Assembly: GCF_000016745.1 (NCBI RefSeq)
Contig: NC_009483.1
Location: 840,001-872,000 of the forward strand
DNA length: 32,000 bases
Direction of reading: 5' to 3'
Source: Geotalea uraniireducens Rf4
Lineage (GTDB): Bacteria; Desulfobacterota; Desulfuromonadia; Geobacterales; Geobacteraceae
A program made the translations under genes and the position numbers. Shown here in pieces: positions 7,700-16,602 of the stretch. Below the pieces are notes generated by a model. That model ran no database searches. It was not told the DNA's origin and worked only from the letters and a program-made list of their open reading frames with translations. Positions within the stretch are counted from its first letter, which is position 1. Each line of letters opens with the position of its first letter.

Positions 7700-8119
7700 C
7701 TAACCCTCTTCGTCCTCGCCCAGGGCAATTTCCCGGTAGGCGCGGTCCTCTTCGAAGCGCTTGGTCTGGGCCTGCAACTTCTCGATGTCCGCCTTGCACT
7801 TGACGCAGTAACGGGCAAAGGGCACGATCTTCAACCTGCCGAGAGGAATTTCTTCCTCGCACTCTTCGCAGATGCCGTATTCCCCTTCTTCGATCTTCAG
7901 CAATGCTTCGTCGATGTTCCGCAGTTTTTCCCGCTCACGGTCGTCGAGCAGCAGGCCCAGTTCACGGTCCCGCTCGCTGGACGCCTGATCGTAGATGTCA
8001 CCACTCGGCTCGTTGGTGGGGATATCGGAACCCGACTTCAGCGACTTGCTAATTTCGTTGATGGTCTCTTCCTTCATTTTGAGCAGAAGAGCTTTTATTT
8101 CATCCAGTTTTTCTACCAT
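7700..8119 (-). CDS. dksA: DksA/TraR-family C4 zinc-finger RNA-polymerase-binding regulator
   Basis: 139 aa. Coiled-coil region with a DxxDxA tip motif (DIYDQA) and a CxxC-x17-CxxC zinc finger (CEEC...CVKC). Confidence 0.8.
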   Translation of the reverse strand: MVEKLDEIKALLLKMKEETINEISKSLKSGSDIPTNEPSGDIYDQASSERDRELGLLLDDREREKLRNIDEALLKIEEGEYGICEECEEEIPLGRLKIVPFARYCVKCKADIEKLQAQTKRFEEDRAYREIALGEDEEG

Positions 8120-8165
8120 TAAATCCGCTCCGTTTCTTGGAATCTACTGCCTGAAAGGCGACGCA

Positions 8166-8193
8166 ATAATACAGCAAATCCGCCTTTTGTCAA
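8166..8193 (-). promoter_or_regulatory. sigma70-type promoter candidate for dksA
   Basis: Minus strand reads TTGACA-N16-TATTAT (-35 at 8188-8193, -10 at 8166-8171), about 45 nt upstream of the dksA ATG. Confidence 0.5.
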
Positions 8194-8230
8194 GGGAAAA
8201 GCCGTCCTTTGCACAAGCCCCGGCAAAGGC

Positions 8231-9577
8231 TCAGGGCACGATTTCACCGATCAGATCATAGTCGGAAGAATCGGTAATTCGCAGCTTGACGATATCGCCG
8301 ATCTGCGCGTTGCCCGAGGTGACATAGACCTGACCGTCTATGTCGGGGGCTTGTTTGGAGGAGCGTCCTTTCAGCAGTAATTCGGTTTCTTCACTGTATC
8401 CTTCAATCAACACCAGTTCCTCGGTGTCGACCAGACTGCGATTGTGTTTGAATGAAACCCGCGCCTGGGTGCGCATAAGTTTTTTATACCGCTCCCGTTT
8501 GACCCGCTCGGAAACCTGGTCCGGCATCTCAGCTGAAGGGGTCCCCTCCTCGCGGGAATAGCAGAATACTCCCAGCCGATCGAAGCGGGTTTCCTCGACG
8601 AAATGGAGGAGTTTTTTGAAATCTTCGTCCGTCTCCCCCGGGAAACCGACGATCAAGGACGTCCGCAAGGCAATTCCCGGTATTTCGCCGCGCAGTTTTG
8701 CGATGAGCGACCTGATTTCCGCTTCGCTGCTCCTCCGGTTCATCCTTTTGAGAACCGGGTCACTGACATGCTGGAGCGGGATATCCAGGTATTTGCAGAC
8801 CTTGTCTTCGTCCCTGATCAGCTGAATGAGGCTGTCGCTGATGCCGTCGGGATAGGCGTAAAGGAGTCTGATCCATTGCAGCCCGTCCAATGCGGCCAGT
8901 TCTTTTATCAGCCCTTCCAGTGATGCGCCGCCGGCCAGATCCTTGCCGTATCCGGTAATGTCCTGGGCGATGAGGTTGATTTCCTTCACCCCCCGTGCGA
9001 CCAGTTCCCTGGCCTCCTTGAGCAGCTTGTCCAGTGGACGGGAACGGAACGCGCCGCGCAGGGAGGGAATTACGCAGTACGAGCAGCAGTTGGAGCAACC
9101 TTCGGCGATTTTCAGGTAGGCGGTGTAATAGGGTGACGACTGCAGCCTGGGGAGATCCTCATCGTAAAGAAAGTTCGGGTCGCCGGTGTAGCGGAGCTGT
9201 TCGGACATCCCCTCCTTTTCGGCGATGATTTCAGCGATGCGCGGGTAGTCGCCGGTACCGACGAAGATATCCACTTCGGGCAGTTCCTTGACGAGTTCTT
9301 CCTGGTAGCGCTGCGGCAGACAACCGGTGACGATCAGCAGCCGGCAGCGGGCGTCGTGCTTGCGATCCGCCAGGTCGAGGATGGTGTCGATGCTCTCCTG
9401 TTTTGCTTCCTTGATGAATGAACAGGTGTTGACGATGATGATATCGGCTTCCCGTTCGTCGGTGGTGACTTCATATTTTTCCTTGGCCAGATAGCCGAGC
9501 ATGACCTCGGCGTCAACCAGGTTCTTCGGACAGCCGAGGCTGACCAGGCTTACTTTTTCCTTGATGCTTGTGCTCAA
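8231..9577 (-). CDS. rimO: ribosomal protein S12 methylthiotransferase RimO
   Basis: 448 aa. N-terminal MTTase domain ([11 protein letters not shown]), radical-SAM Cx3Cx2C (CSNCCSYC) and a C-terminal TRAM domain. TTG start with an AAAGGAG RBS. Confidence 0.9.
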   Translation of the reverse strand: MSTSIKEKVSLVSLGCPKNLVDAEVMLGYLAKEKYEVTTDEREADIIIVNTCSFIKEAKQESIDTILDLADRKHDARCRLLIVTGCLPQRYQEELVKELPEVDIFVGTGDYPRIAEIIAEKEGMSEQLRYTGDPNFLYDEDLPRLQSSPYYTAYLKIAEGCSNCCSYCVIPSLRGAFRSRPLDKLLKEARELVARGVKEINLIAQDITGYGKDLAGGASLEGLIKELAALDGLQWIRLLYAYPDGISDSLIQLIRDEDKVCKYLDIPLQHVSDPVLKRMNRRSSEAEIRSLIAKLRGEIPGIALRTSLIVGFPGETDEDFKKLLHFVEETRFDRLGVFCYSREEGTPSAEMPDQVSERVKRERYKKLMRTQARVSFKHNRSLVDTEELVLIEGYSEETELLLKGRSSKQAPDIDGQVYVTSGNAQIGDIVKLRITDSSDYDLIGEIVP

Positions 9578-9593
9578 AATTACTCCTTTTATA

Positions 9594-9691
9594 GTCGGTC
9601 GGCAGTCGGCAGTCGGCAGTCGGTGGATGGTAAAACCACCGACCGCCGACCATTAACCGCCGACCGCTTTTCTAACCGCCGACCGCTTTTC
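9594..9691. repeat. second locus of the GTCGGYR heptamer family, with a 15-bp hairpin and a 19-bp tandem duplication
   Basis: GTCGGCA x3 plus GTCGGTG (9598-9625). GTCGGCAGTCGGTGG (9612-9626) pairs with CCACCGACCGCCGAC (9636-9650) around a 9-nt loop; the one mismatch becomes a G-U pair in the minus-strand RNA. TAACCGCCGACCGCTTTTC is duplicated exactly at 9654-9672 and 9673-9691. The locus fills the whole yajQ-rimO intergenic space. Confidence 0.9.
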
Positions 9692-10176
9692 TATTGCCTG
9701 AAATTGACGAACTGCAGTTCGACGCCCAGGTCCTTCCCTTTCAGCAGCTGGATGACTTCCTGAAGGTCATCGATGTTTTTGCCGGTTACCCGCAGTTGAT
9801 CTTCCTGTATCTGGCTCTGGACCTTGAGTTTGGTTTCCTTTATGACGTTGTTGATCTCTTTCCCCTTTTCCTTGGAGATTCCCTGCTGGATGGTGATGAT
9901 CTGCCGCACCATCCCGCCGGAGGCGTTTTCCACCTTACCGTATTGGAGAGCCTTTACGGATATGCCCCGTTTGATGAACTTCGATTGCAGGATGTCGATG
10001 ATCGCCTTGAGCCGGAAATCGTCCTCGGAGAGAAGCTTGACGGTATCTTTTTCCTGGGTTATTTCGCTTTTCGAACCTTTAAAGTCGTAACGCTGGGCTA
10101 TCTCCTTGATGGTCTGGTTGACGGCGTTGTCCACTTCCTGCATGTCCACCTTGGAGACGATGTCGAATGACGGCAT
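9691..10176 (-). CDS. yajQ: YajQ-family (UPF0234) nucleotide / c-di-GMP-binding protein
   Basis: 161 aa. The N-terminus [21 protein letters not shown] and the overall length are characteristic of YajQ. GAGGAGG RBS. Confidence 0.85.
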   Translation of the reverse strand: MPSFDIVSKVDMQEVDNAVNQTIKEIAQRYDFKGSKSEITQEKDTVKLLSEDDFRLKAIIDILQSKFIKRGISVKALQYGKVENASGGMVRQIITIQQGISKEKGKEINNVIKETKLKVQSQIQEDQLRVTGKNIDDLQEVIQLLKGKDLGVELQFVNFRQ

Positions 10177-10222
10177 ATATCCTCCTCATAATTTATAATA
10201 GTAGAAGCAACATAAAACCTGG

Positions 10223-10948
10223 TTACTTCTGTTCCTGATTTATTACTTCCACTCCGCTGGGTATTTTGAAGCTGAACCTGTCGTTTTTCATCCCCCGGTT
10301 GACCCGCACCTTGCTGAACTCTATGGCAGTCCGGTTACCGAATGCATCAAAAACAACAGAGGAGGCGATGGGGAAGGGATTCACCGCATGTCCTTCCTTG
10401 ATGAAGCTTTCAACGGCTTGTGATTCAATGGTCAGCTGGAGTTTTGCCATCGCCTGGCTCGGTTTTTTCGGAACCAGCTCAAGAACGTAATTCCCCTTTT
10501 TGTCGCGACCATCGGCAGCGAATTTTATGGCAAAATCCCTGGTGACATGACCCATGCCGGTCAGGTAGTCGAGCGCCACGGTGCTGCCGCCTTGAAACAG
10601 CGCGGTCACGTCGGATACCATCACTTGCTTGTTTTCGGGAAGGTAGTACCAGACTTTCTTGCCGTTGGAAATGATCTGCTGTTTGGGCCGGGTGTAGTTG
10701 AAGCGGAACATGGCGGTTGCGCCAGCCGGTTTTTTCATGAAGAGTTCGCCGGCACCACGCTCTTGCCGTTTCATGGAGGCAATGTCCGTGCGCTGGGAAA
10801 ATTCAGCCTGCACGTCTGCCAGGTTGTTGTATCCCTGTTCCAGGGTTTTGACTACATCCGCCAGCTCGGCGCCGAAACACTCCTTCGGCGAAGCGGACAG
10901 GGAGAGAATAAGGCATGCGACTAGCGATATAAGCAGTAACGGTTTCAT
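10223..10948 (-). CDS. secreted LolA-fold protein (outer-membrane lipoprotein carrier-like), paralog 1
   Basis: Signal peptide present. LolA-family core (FSQR...FRFNYTRPKQQIISNGKKVWYYLPENKQVMVSDV...GNYVLELVPKK). Colinear with the upstream paralog. Confidence 0.7.
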   Translation of the reverse strand: MKPLLLISLVACLILSLSASPKECFGAELADVVKTLEQGYNNLADVQAEFSQRTDIASMKRQERGAGELFMKKPAGATAMFRFNYTRPKQQIISNGKKVWYYLPENKQVMVSDVTALFQGGSTVALDYLTGMGHVTRDFAIKFAADGRDKKGNYVLELVPKKPSQAMAKLQLTIESQAVESFIKEGHAVNPFPIASSVVFDAFGNRTAIEFSKVRVNRGMKNDRFSFKIPSGVEVINQEQK

Positions 10949-10979
10949 TGGGCTTCCTGTTTAACGTGGTAATAATTGC

Positions 10980-11006
10980 AAAGGCGACATGCAGTATGTC
11001 GCCTTT
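10980..11006 (-). terminator. perfect 11-bp hairpin between the two LolA-like genes (attenuator or weak terminator)
   Basis: AAAGGCGACAT, 5-nt loop, ATGTCGCCTTT. On the minus strand it is followed by GCAATTATT, so there is no long U-tract. Confidence 0.35.
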
Positions 11007-11040
11007 AGCTTCTTCGTTCAGAATTACACGGGACCGGCCG

Positions 11041-11874
11041 TCACTGATGCGTGGGAGGCCTGACCACTTCGACCGCTGCCGGAACGGTGAATTCAAAAAG
11101 CTGGTCAGAAATCCTCGTGTCGGTCTTGACGTTGCTGAATTCCATGATGGTGGTGTTCCCTTGATGGTCGATGACCGTGGTTGAGAGAACGGGGAAGGCG
11201 GTCTGGTCCCTTTGAACGCTTCCCAAGGGCAAGCTGTTCAAAATCTGTCTGAATTCGTCTTCGGTCAATTGGCGGCCCAGCTGCATCCGCTTTTGCGTAT
11301 AGAGGTAGACTGCGTCGCGCTGGACGACGATGAAGAGCTTCTCGATGGTTGCTGTTGCCCGCCGCGGGTTCAGCTCCAGGATGTAATTACCTTCAATGTC
11401 CCGGCCTTGGGGGGAAAAGGTGGTCAGAAAGTCTCTGGATATGCGTCCCAGCCCCTGGAGGAAATTGGAGGCCCGGTTGCGGTCCGGGTTAAAACCCAAC
11501 GGGTTGAAGACAAAGCTGACATCGCTCTGGATGACCGTGCGGTTTTCCGAGAGGTACATCCACATGGTTATGCCGTTGCTGACGATTTCGTGGGTGGTGG
11601 GACGGAAATAGTCGAAACGGAACTTGAGGGGCTCGCTGTCACCGGCCGTTTTCAGGAACATCTGCCCTTCAGCGCGCATTTCCCGCTTTTTCTCCGCCAT
11701 GGTCGACCGCTGGAAAAAGTCGGTCGTTACGTCGGAGAGGACCCTGTAGGATTTTTCAACGGTATCGACCACGTCCTGAAGCCCGACATTGACCTGAGCA
11801 GTGACGGCGGCTTCAGCGCTGATCGCCATCTGCAGCAACAGCAAGAGGCTGATGAAGGCTCGCATGGTTCTCAT
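11041..11874 (-). CDS. secreted LolA-fold protein, paralog 2 (with an internal insertion)
   Basis: Signal peptide ending AISAEA|A. Core FFQR...FRFDYFRPTTHEIVSNGITMWMYLSENRTVIQSDV...GNYILELNPRR. Carries about 35 extra residues (YTQKRMQLGRQLTEDEFRQILNSLPLGS...) relative to paralog 1. GGAGGG RBS. Confidence 0.7.
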   Translation of the reverse strand: MRTMRAFISLLLLLQMAISAEAAVTAQVNVGLQDVVDTVEKSYRVLSDVTTDFFQRSTMAEKKREMRAEGQMFLKTAGDSEPLKFRFDYFRPTTHEIVSNGITMWMYLSENRTVIQSDVSFVFNPLGFNPDRNRASNFLQGLGRISRDFLTTFSPQGRDIEGNYILELNPRRATATIEKLFIVVQRDAVYLYTQKRMQLGRQLTEDEFRQILNSLPLGSVQRDQTAFPVLSTTVIDHQGNTTIMEFSNVKTDTRISDQLFEFTVPAAVEVVRPPTHQ

Positions 11875-11984
11875 ATTCCCTCCCCGATGCAGTAGGAAAA
11901 TGTTCTTTCCATTGAAATGTCAATATTGCCATAACTCTTGCAGCTGCGCAACCATCTTTTAAGAGGCTTTCCATGAGCCTGATT

Positions 11985-12593
11985 TCAGGCATCGATGGCA
12001 TTCAGAATAACATCGAGGGAAGGTGTTGCGGGCAGCAGGAAAAAATGACCGGAGGTCCGTTCATTGCCGATGGTAAATTCTGTTTCGATCATGAACGCCG
12101 CGTCACCGGCTTCACCCAGCGCAATGAGCACATCATCGACGATTGCTCCGGCCATGTCGAAGGAAAAGAGTGGAATCGAGGGGATGAGGGGCATTTTCAG
12201 CATGTTTCCCAGGGCGTTCAGGTATGCCGATGCCAGAATGTTGCCCACTTCCTTCAGCGTGGAAATTTCTAGTTCAGTCAGTGTCGTTCCTGTGGGTTGG
12301 TGGGGAGATAGAAGTTTCTCCAGAATTGACAAGGCATTATCTTTTGGAAAAACCATCAGGATATTGCCCCTGGCATTTCCCAGAATCTGAAGATAAATCC
12401 CGGCTACCATTAGTTCAGCTCCGCCGCATACTTTGGGGAGACTTGTTATATCCATGGCTATGACTTTGGGGACATTGAGGTATACGGTCTTTCCCATAAG
12501 CTGTGAAAGGGCGGTAGCGGCGTGACCCATGCCGATATTGCTCACCTCGCGCAGGGCATCAAGCTGCACTTCTGTTAACATGGTATTTCCCAT
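11985..12593 (-). CDS. cheC: CheC-type CheY-P phosphatase
   Basis: Two copies of the [D/S]xxxExxN active-site motif (DALREVSNIGMG and STLKEVGNILAS). About 200 aa. Confidence 0.8.
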   Translation of the reverse strand: MGNTMLTEVQLDALREVSNIGMGHAATALSQLMGKTVYLNVPKVIAMDITSLPKVCGGAELMVAGIYLQILGNARGNILMVFPKDNALSILEKLLSPHQPTGTTLTELEISTLKEVGNILASAYLNALGNMLKMPLIPSIPLFSFDMAGAIVDDVLIALGEAGDAAFMIETEFTIGNERTSGHFFLLPATPSLDVILNAIDA

Positions 12594-12622
12594 ATGGATA
12601 TCCCTTGTGTCCTTGTCGGAAT

Positions 12623-14257
12623 TTACATCAGGTTGGCAACGTCCAGGATGAAGACCACTTCTCCATTGCCGAGGATCGCCCCTCCTGTCAATCCTTTTAA
12701 CTTAACCAGAGGTCTGCCGAGTGGTTTTACGAAAAACTCCTGTTGGCCGATAAAACGGTCGACCACCAGTCCCACTTTGCGTCCCTTCACTTCGCTGACG
12801 AAAACGGGGATTGCCTCGCCGGTCAGATGGGAAAGCGGCAAACCGAAAATGCGGTTGAGGCTTACGAGCGGTATTGCCTCTTCCCCCATGTAAAAAACCT
12901 TGTGTTTCCCCTCGGTGGTTATCAGCCCGCGCTTGAGTTCCAGGGTGCGGATGATGTTGACTACCGGAACGGCGACCTTGAGGTGTGCGCAATTGACCAC
13001 AAGGGCCTGGATAATCGAGATGGTCAACGGCAGTTTAAGGGTTATTCTGCTCCCCTGCCCCAGGGTTGAATCTATCAGGATGTTGCCTCCGAGGGCTTTA
13101 ATGGCCGACTTGACGGCATCCATGCCGACGCCGCGCCCCGAAATCTCGGTCACCTCTTTAGCGGTGGAAAATCCCGGAACGCAGGTAAGCATCAAGGCTT
13201 CCCTGTGGGACAGAAGCCATCCCTCTTCCTGCTTGATAACCCCTTTTTCGATTGCGGAGGCGATCAGTTTTGCCGGGTCCATGCCCCTTCCGTCGTCTTC
13301 GACGGTAATGACCACCTGCTCCTTTTCCCTTCGCGCTGCCAGTCTGATTTTGCCCCGGCTGGACTTGCCGGCGGCTAGTCGTTCCTCCGTGGTTTCCACC
13401 CCATGGTCGACGGCATTTCGCAGGATGTGGATCAGTGGGTCGGAAAGCTCTTCCAGGATTCCCCGGTCAAGTTCAATCTCCCTGCCTTCCACTTCAAAGA
13501 CGATCTCTTTGCCGCTCTTTTTGGCCAGATCCCGTATCAGGCGGGGAAAACGGTCGGTAATTGCTGCAAAGGGGATCAGGCGGACCTTCATCACTTCGTC
13601 ATGGAGGCCGCGCAAAAGCTTCGATAGTTCCACACACGCCTCATCGAGGCTCCCCGAACCCAGCTGGCTGTTGATGGTCATGATCCGGTATTTGTTGGTT
13701 ATCAACTCGCCGGTCAGATTTATCAGCTGATCGAGGACATCGGTTTTTACCCTTACCGTTTGCGAGGCGTCACTGCCGGCTTGGCGTCCTTCATCTTTTC
13801 CTGAGGCGTTCAATGGAACCGGTTGCACCGGTGGCGGCTGTTCCGTTTTATGGGTCTTGATTGATGGTATTTCTGTGCTTGGCGGAGGGTAGTTGATGAG
13901 CCTCTGGACCAGACCACGAATGTCGCGGCTTGCCGGGGCGTCTTGTTCCACGTCTGCTATCATTGCCTCAAGCAGGTCGGTCCCTTCCAGCAGCAAGTCG
14001 GCTGCGCCCCCATCGAAAGGCAAGGCCCCCTTGCGGACCCGGTCCATGAGATCTTCAAGCTTATGGGCCAGTTCAGCTATGTCAGCGTACTCCATGGATG
14101 CGGCCATCCCTTTGATGGAATGGGCAATGCGAAACAGGGAATCTATTGTTTCCCGGTCACCGGCATCCTTTTCCAGGGCAACTATCAGTTCATTTATCGA
14201 ATTGAGATGCTCTCTGGATTCGGAGATGAACAGCTCCCTGTATTGGGACATGTCCAT
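12623..14257 (-). CDS. cheA: chemotaxis histidine kinase CheA (short form, no P2 domain)
   Basis: Hpt domain with the phospho-His motif FRIAHSIKG. A Pro-rich linker of about 50 aa runs into the dimerisation domain (VRVKTDVLDQLINLTGEL). HATPase domain (DDGRGMD, GRGVGMD) and a C-terminal CheW-like domain. Confidence 0.9.
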   Translation of the reverse strand: MDMSQYRELFISESREHLNSINELIVALEKDAGDRETIDSLFRIAHSIKGMAASMEYADIAELAHKLEDLMDRVRKGALPFDGGAADLLLEGTDLLEAMIADVEQDAPASRDIRGLVQRLINYPPPSTEIPSIKTHKTEQPPPVQPVPLNASGKDEGRQAGSDASQTVRVKTDVLDQLINLTGELITNKYRIMTINSQLGSGSLDEACVELSKLLRGLHDEVMKVRLIPFAAITDRFPRLIRDLAKKSGKEIVFEVEGREIELDRGILEELSDPLIHILRNAVDHGVETTEERLAAGKSSRGKIRLAARREKEQVVITVEDDGRGMDPAKLIASAIEKGVIKQEEGWLLSHREALMLTCVPGFSTAKEVTEISGRGVGMDAVKSAIKALGGNILIDSTLGQGSRITLKLPLTISIIQALVVNCAHLKVAVPVVNIIRTLELKRGLITTEGKHKVFYMGEEAIPLVSLNRIFGLPLSHLTGEAIPVFVSEVKGRKVGLVVDRFIGQQEFFVKPLGRPLVKLKGLTGGAILGNGEVVFILDVANLM

Positions 14258-14260
14258 GTA

Positions 14261-14626
14261 TCAGACTCCTGCAATCCTCTTGATTACTTCCTTCACCCGC
14301 TCGGGATTGAACGGCTTGAGAATAAAATCTTTCGCGCCTGCTGCATGGGCTGTCTGGGTCAGCGCTTCCTGGCCGATGGCACTGCACATCACTACTTTAG
14401 CCCCACCGTCAAGAGCCATGATTTCCGTAAGGGCCTCGATGCCGTTTTTGGTTGGCATGATTATATCCATGGTGGTAATGTCAGGGCGGCATTCCTGGTA
14501 TTTTGCGACTGCTTCGATGCCATCGGCCGCTTCTGCAATAACCTGATAGCCATCTTCTTCAAGAATGCCCCGCAGCATTTTTCTCATGAAAAGCGAGTCG
14601 TCCACAATCATCAGCTTAATGTCCAT
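14261..14626 (-). CDS. cheY: CheY-like single-domain response regulator
   Basis: 121 aa. Receiver motifs: acidic pocket (IVDDS), phospho-Asp (ITTMDIIMP), and the conserved Lys in ILKPF. Confidence 0.9.
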   Translation of the reverse strand: MDIKLMIVDDSLFMRKMLRGILEEDGYQVIAEAADGIEAVAKYQECRPDITTMDIIMPTKNGIEALTEIMALDGGAKVVMCSAIGQEALTQTAHAAGAKDFILKPFNPERVKEVIKRIAGV

Positions 14627-14673
14627 AGTGTACCTCCATCGGCTCGGCTTTCACCAGCTTCCCACGCTTGAAA

Positions 14674-15102
14674 TCAGTCGTTAATAGTTGCTTCCAGCTT
14701 TTGTATAAGATTGTCCAGCGCCAGCAGCCTGATTTTGTCAGTGCCGTTGTGAAGCAGCTCTGCGGTCATCTCATCATCGACGGCAGATTCTCTCCGCAAT
14801 GATTCTGCCGAAACAATGGAGATCACGCTGTCAACCCAGAGGGCGAGGTTCGCAAGACGGCTGTCCAGAACCAGGACTTTTCCTTCGGGGGTAAGGTTCC
14901 CCATATTTTGAAAATTTGCCAGATCGAGGACGGAGGTCAGGTTGCCGTGAAAGTTCATGATGCCAACGAAATGACCCGGTGCGCAAGGGATTGGAAAGGT
15001 CGGCGGCGGTTCAACGACTTCTGCCACGTCCTGCAGATCCAGGGCATATTGTGCCCCCCGCAGGGCAAAAATAAGATATCGCGCCGTACCGTTGTTCTTC
15101 AT
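14674..15102 (-). CDS. cheW: CheW coupling protein
   Basis: 142-aa CheW-like domain ([15 protein letters not shown] ... [16 protein letters not shown]). Its ATG overlaps the MCP stop (ATGA). Confidence 0.85.
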   Translation of the reverse strand: MKNNGTARYLIFALRGAQYALDLQDVAEVVEPPPTFPIPCAPGHFVGIMNFHGNLTSVLDLANFQNMGNLTPEGKVLVLDSRLANLALWVDSVISIVSAESLRRESAVDDEMTAELLHNGTDKIRLLALDNLIQKLEATIND

Positions 15103-16379
15103 AGAGCCAGCTGGGCGCCGCCGGGAACCTTGAATTGTTCGACGATCGTCAGTAGTTCTTCAGCGAGCTTTGTCAGTTCTGCGGTGGCATGGACCATCTC
15201 CTGCATGGCGGCCGACTGCTCTTCCGTTGCCGCTGAAACCTCTTCGGTGGAAGCTGCATTATCTTCCGCCACCTTGGCGATTTCATCGATCATCGACACC
15301 ATCTTTTCGGCACCGGCGGTTTGCATCTGGGAGAGGTCGGCGATACTGTTCGTCTTGCGCTCGGTTTCGATGACCGTGTTGAGAATCTCGCGGAATGACT
15401 CTGCCGTGGTATCGATGTTTTTCTTGCCCGCGCTGATGTTCCGGGAACTATCGGCGATGGTTTCGTGGACCCTGCGGCTTTCTTCCTTGACCATTGCGAT
15501 CAGCTCGATGATGTCTGCTGCCGATTTTCCTGCTCCGTCTGCAAGCTTTCTTACTTCTTCGGCTACAACGGCAAAGCCCTTGCCGTATTCGCCGGCCCGT
15601 GCCGCTTCAATTGATGCGTTGAGGGCAAGCAGATTTGTCTGTCTGGCGATTTCACCTATAAAATCGGCGATCTTTCCCACTTGCTGTAACTTGGTGTTCA
15701 AATCCATAAACTGCATGCCGATCAGTTCCACACTGTCGAAGAAAGATTTCATCCGTGTCAGCGAATCCTTGGCCAGGTCACCACCCCTTTGGGCCGTAAG
15801 ACTGGTTTCGCGGGCGGCCTTTGACGCTTCCCTGGCTCTCCGGGCTATTAAATCTACGGAAATGGCCATTTCGTGGATGACCTTGGAACTTTTTGTCACC
15901 ATTTCCGCCTGGGTTTCAGCTCCCCGGGATATCTGCTCCACGGCCTGCGCCACCTCTTCGGAAGACGCATTGATTTCCAGTGCGGAAGAAGAGATGGTGC
16001 GGGATGATTCGGATACGTTCTCGGAAGTTCCCCGGATATGTTTAACGAGTTCGCGCAGGTTCCCAACCATCCGGTTGATGGAAACGGCCATTTCGTGGGT
16101 TTCATCGAGGAAGACCGAATTTCGGGTGACGATGTCTTTGGTCAGGTCTCCCTGGCTTATGTCTTCGGTCGCTGCGGTCAAGAGGGAGATGTTCTTCGTA
16201 AAGCTCTTGGAAAAAATCCAGCCGAGGATGAGGCCGATGGTCATGGCAACCGCATAGGAAAGGATATTGGTGATTTCCGGCGAGTAACCGAGGTGCTTGA
16301 CACCGTCGGGAACAAAAGCGACCGATGCTACAACTACGATAAATCCCAAAATGAACTTATACCCTATGGGGATATGCAT
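15099..16379 (-). CDS. methyl-accepting chemotaxis protein with a minimal periplasmic loop
   Basis: Two N-terminal TM helices separated by about 15 residues, then HAMP, then the signalling hairpin [38 protein letters not shown]. There is no C-terminal NWETF-type pentapeptide. GGAGGG RBS. Confidence 0.9.
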   Translation of the reverse strand: MHIPIGYKFILGFIVVVASVAFVPDGVKHLGYSPEITNILSYAVAMTIGLILGWIFSKSFTKNISLLTAATEDISQGDLTKDIVTRNSVFLDETHEMAVSINRMVGNLRELVKHIRGTSENVSESSRTISSSALEINASSEEVAQAVEQISRGAETQAEMVTKSSKVIHEMAISVDLIARRAREASKAARETSLTAQRGGDLAKDSLTRMKSFFDSVELIGMQFMDLNTKLQQVGKIADFIGEIARQTNLLALNASIEAARAGEYGKGFAVVAEEVRKLADGAGKSAADIIELIAMVKEESRRVHETIADSSRNISAGKKNIDTTAESFREILNTVIETERKTNSIADLSQMQTAGAEKMVSMIDEIAKVAEDNAASTEEVSAATEEQSAAMQEMVHATAELTKLAEELLTIVEQFKVPGGAQLAL

Positions 16380-16554
16380 GACACCCTCCTATTTGACAGC
16401 TTCGTCAAAAATCCATTACGGCGTTGCTTTGTCGCGCCGGTGTTCGCATACACATAGTGCATGCTCCGCTGCTAGCCCTTAACACCATGCTCATGGAGTT
16501 TCTCTGCGCCGTTCTTATTGAACCCTCGTCTGCGGATTTTGTCGCTTCATTATT

Positions 16555-16570
16555 AGCACATGTCGTGCCA
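16555..16570 (-). promoter_or_regulatory. sigma54 (-24/-12) promoter candidate upstream of the mcp-cheW-cheY-cheA-cheC genes
   Basis: Minus strand reads TGGCACGACATGTGCT, against the consensus TGGCACG-N4-TTGCW. The GG and GC dinucleotides have the correct spacing. It lies about 175 nt upstream of the MCP ATG, in the 223-nt cheR-mcp gap. Confidence 0.45.
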
Positions 16571-16602
16571 TATGTGTTGTCGATGGCGGTCGTTTTTAAA
16601 AA

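Noticed and set aside
11212-11895. 227-aa plus-strand ORF
   Set aside because: It is antisense to LolA-like paralog 2 and shows no signal of coding other than its length.
12900-14671. Plus-strand ORFs of 276, 217 and 242 aa (12900-13730, 13893-14546, 13943-14671)
   Set aside because: They are antisense to cheA/cheY, Ser/Pro/Arg-rich, have no RBS or family signature, and overlap each other in different frames.
14908-16257. 449-aa plus-strand ORF, the second-longest ORF in this part of the window
   Set aside because: It lies entirely antisense to the MCP/CheW genes. The product is a low-complexity Ser/Ala/Leu string with no motif. The MCP on the opposite strand has unmistakable conserved motifs, so this is a shadow ORF typical of GC-rich coiled-coil coding DNA.
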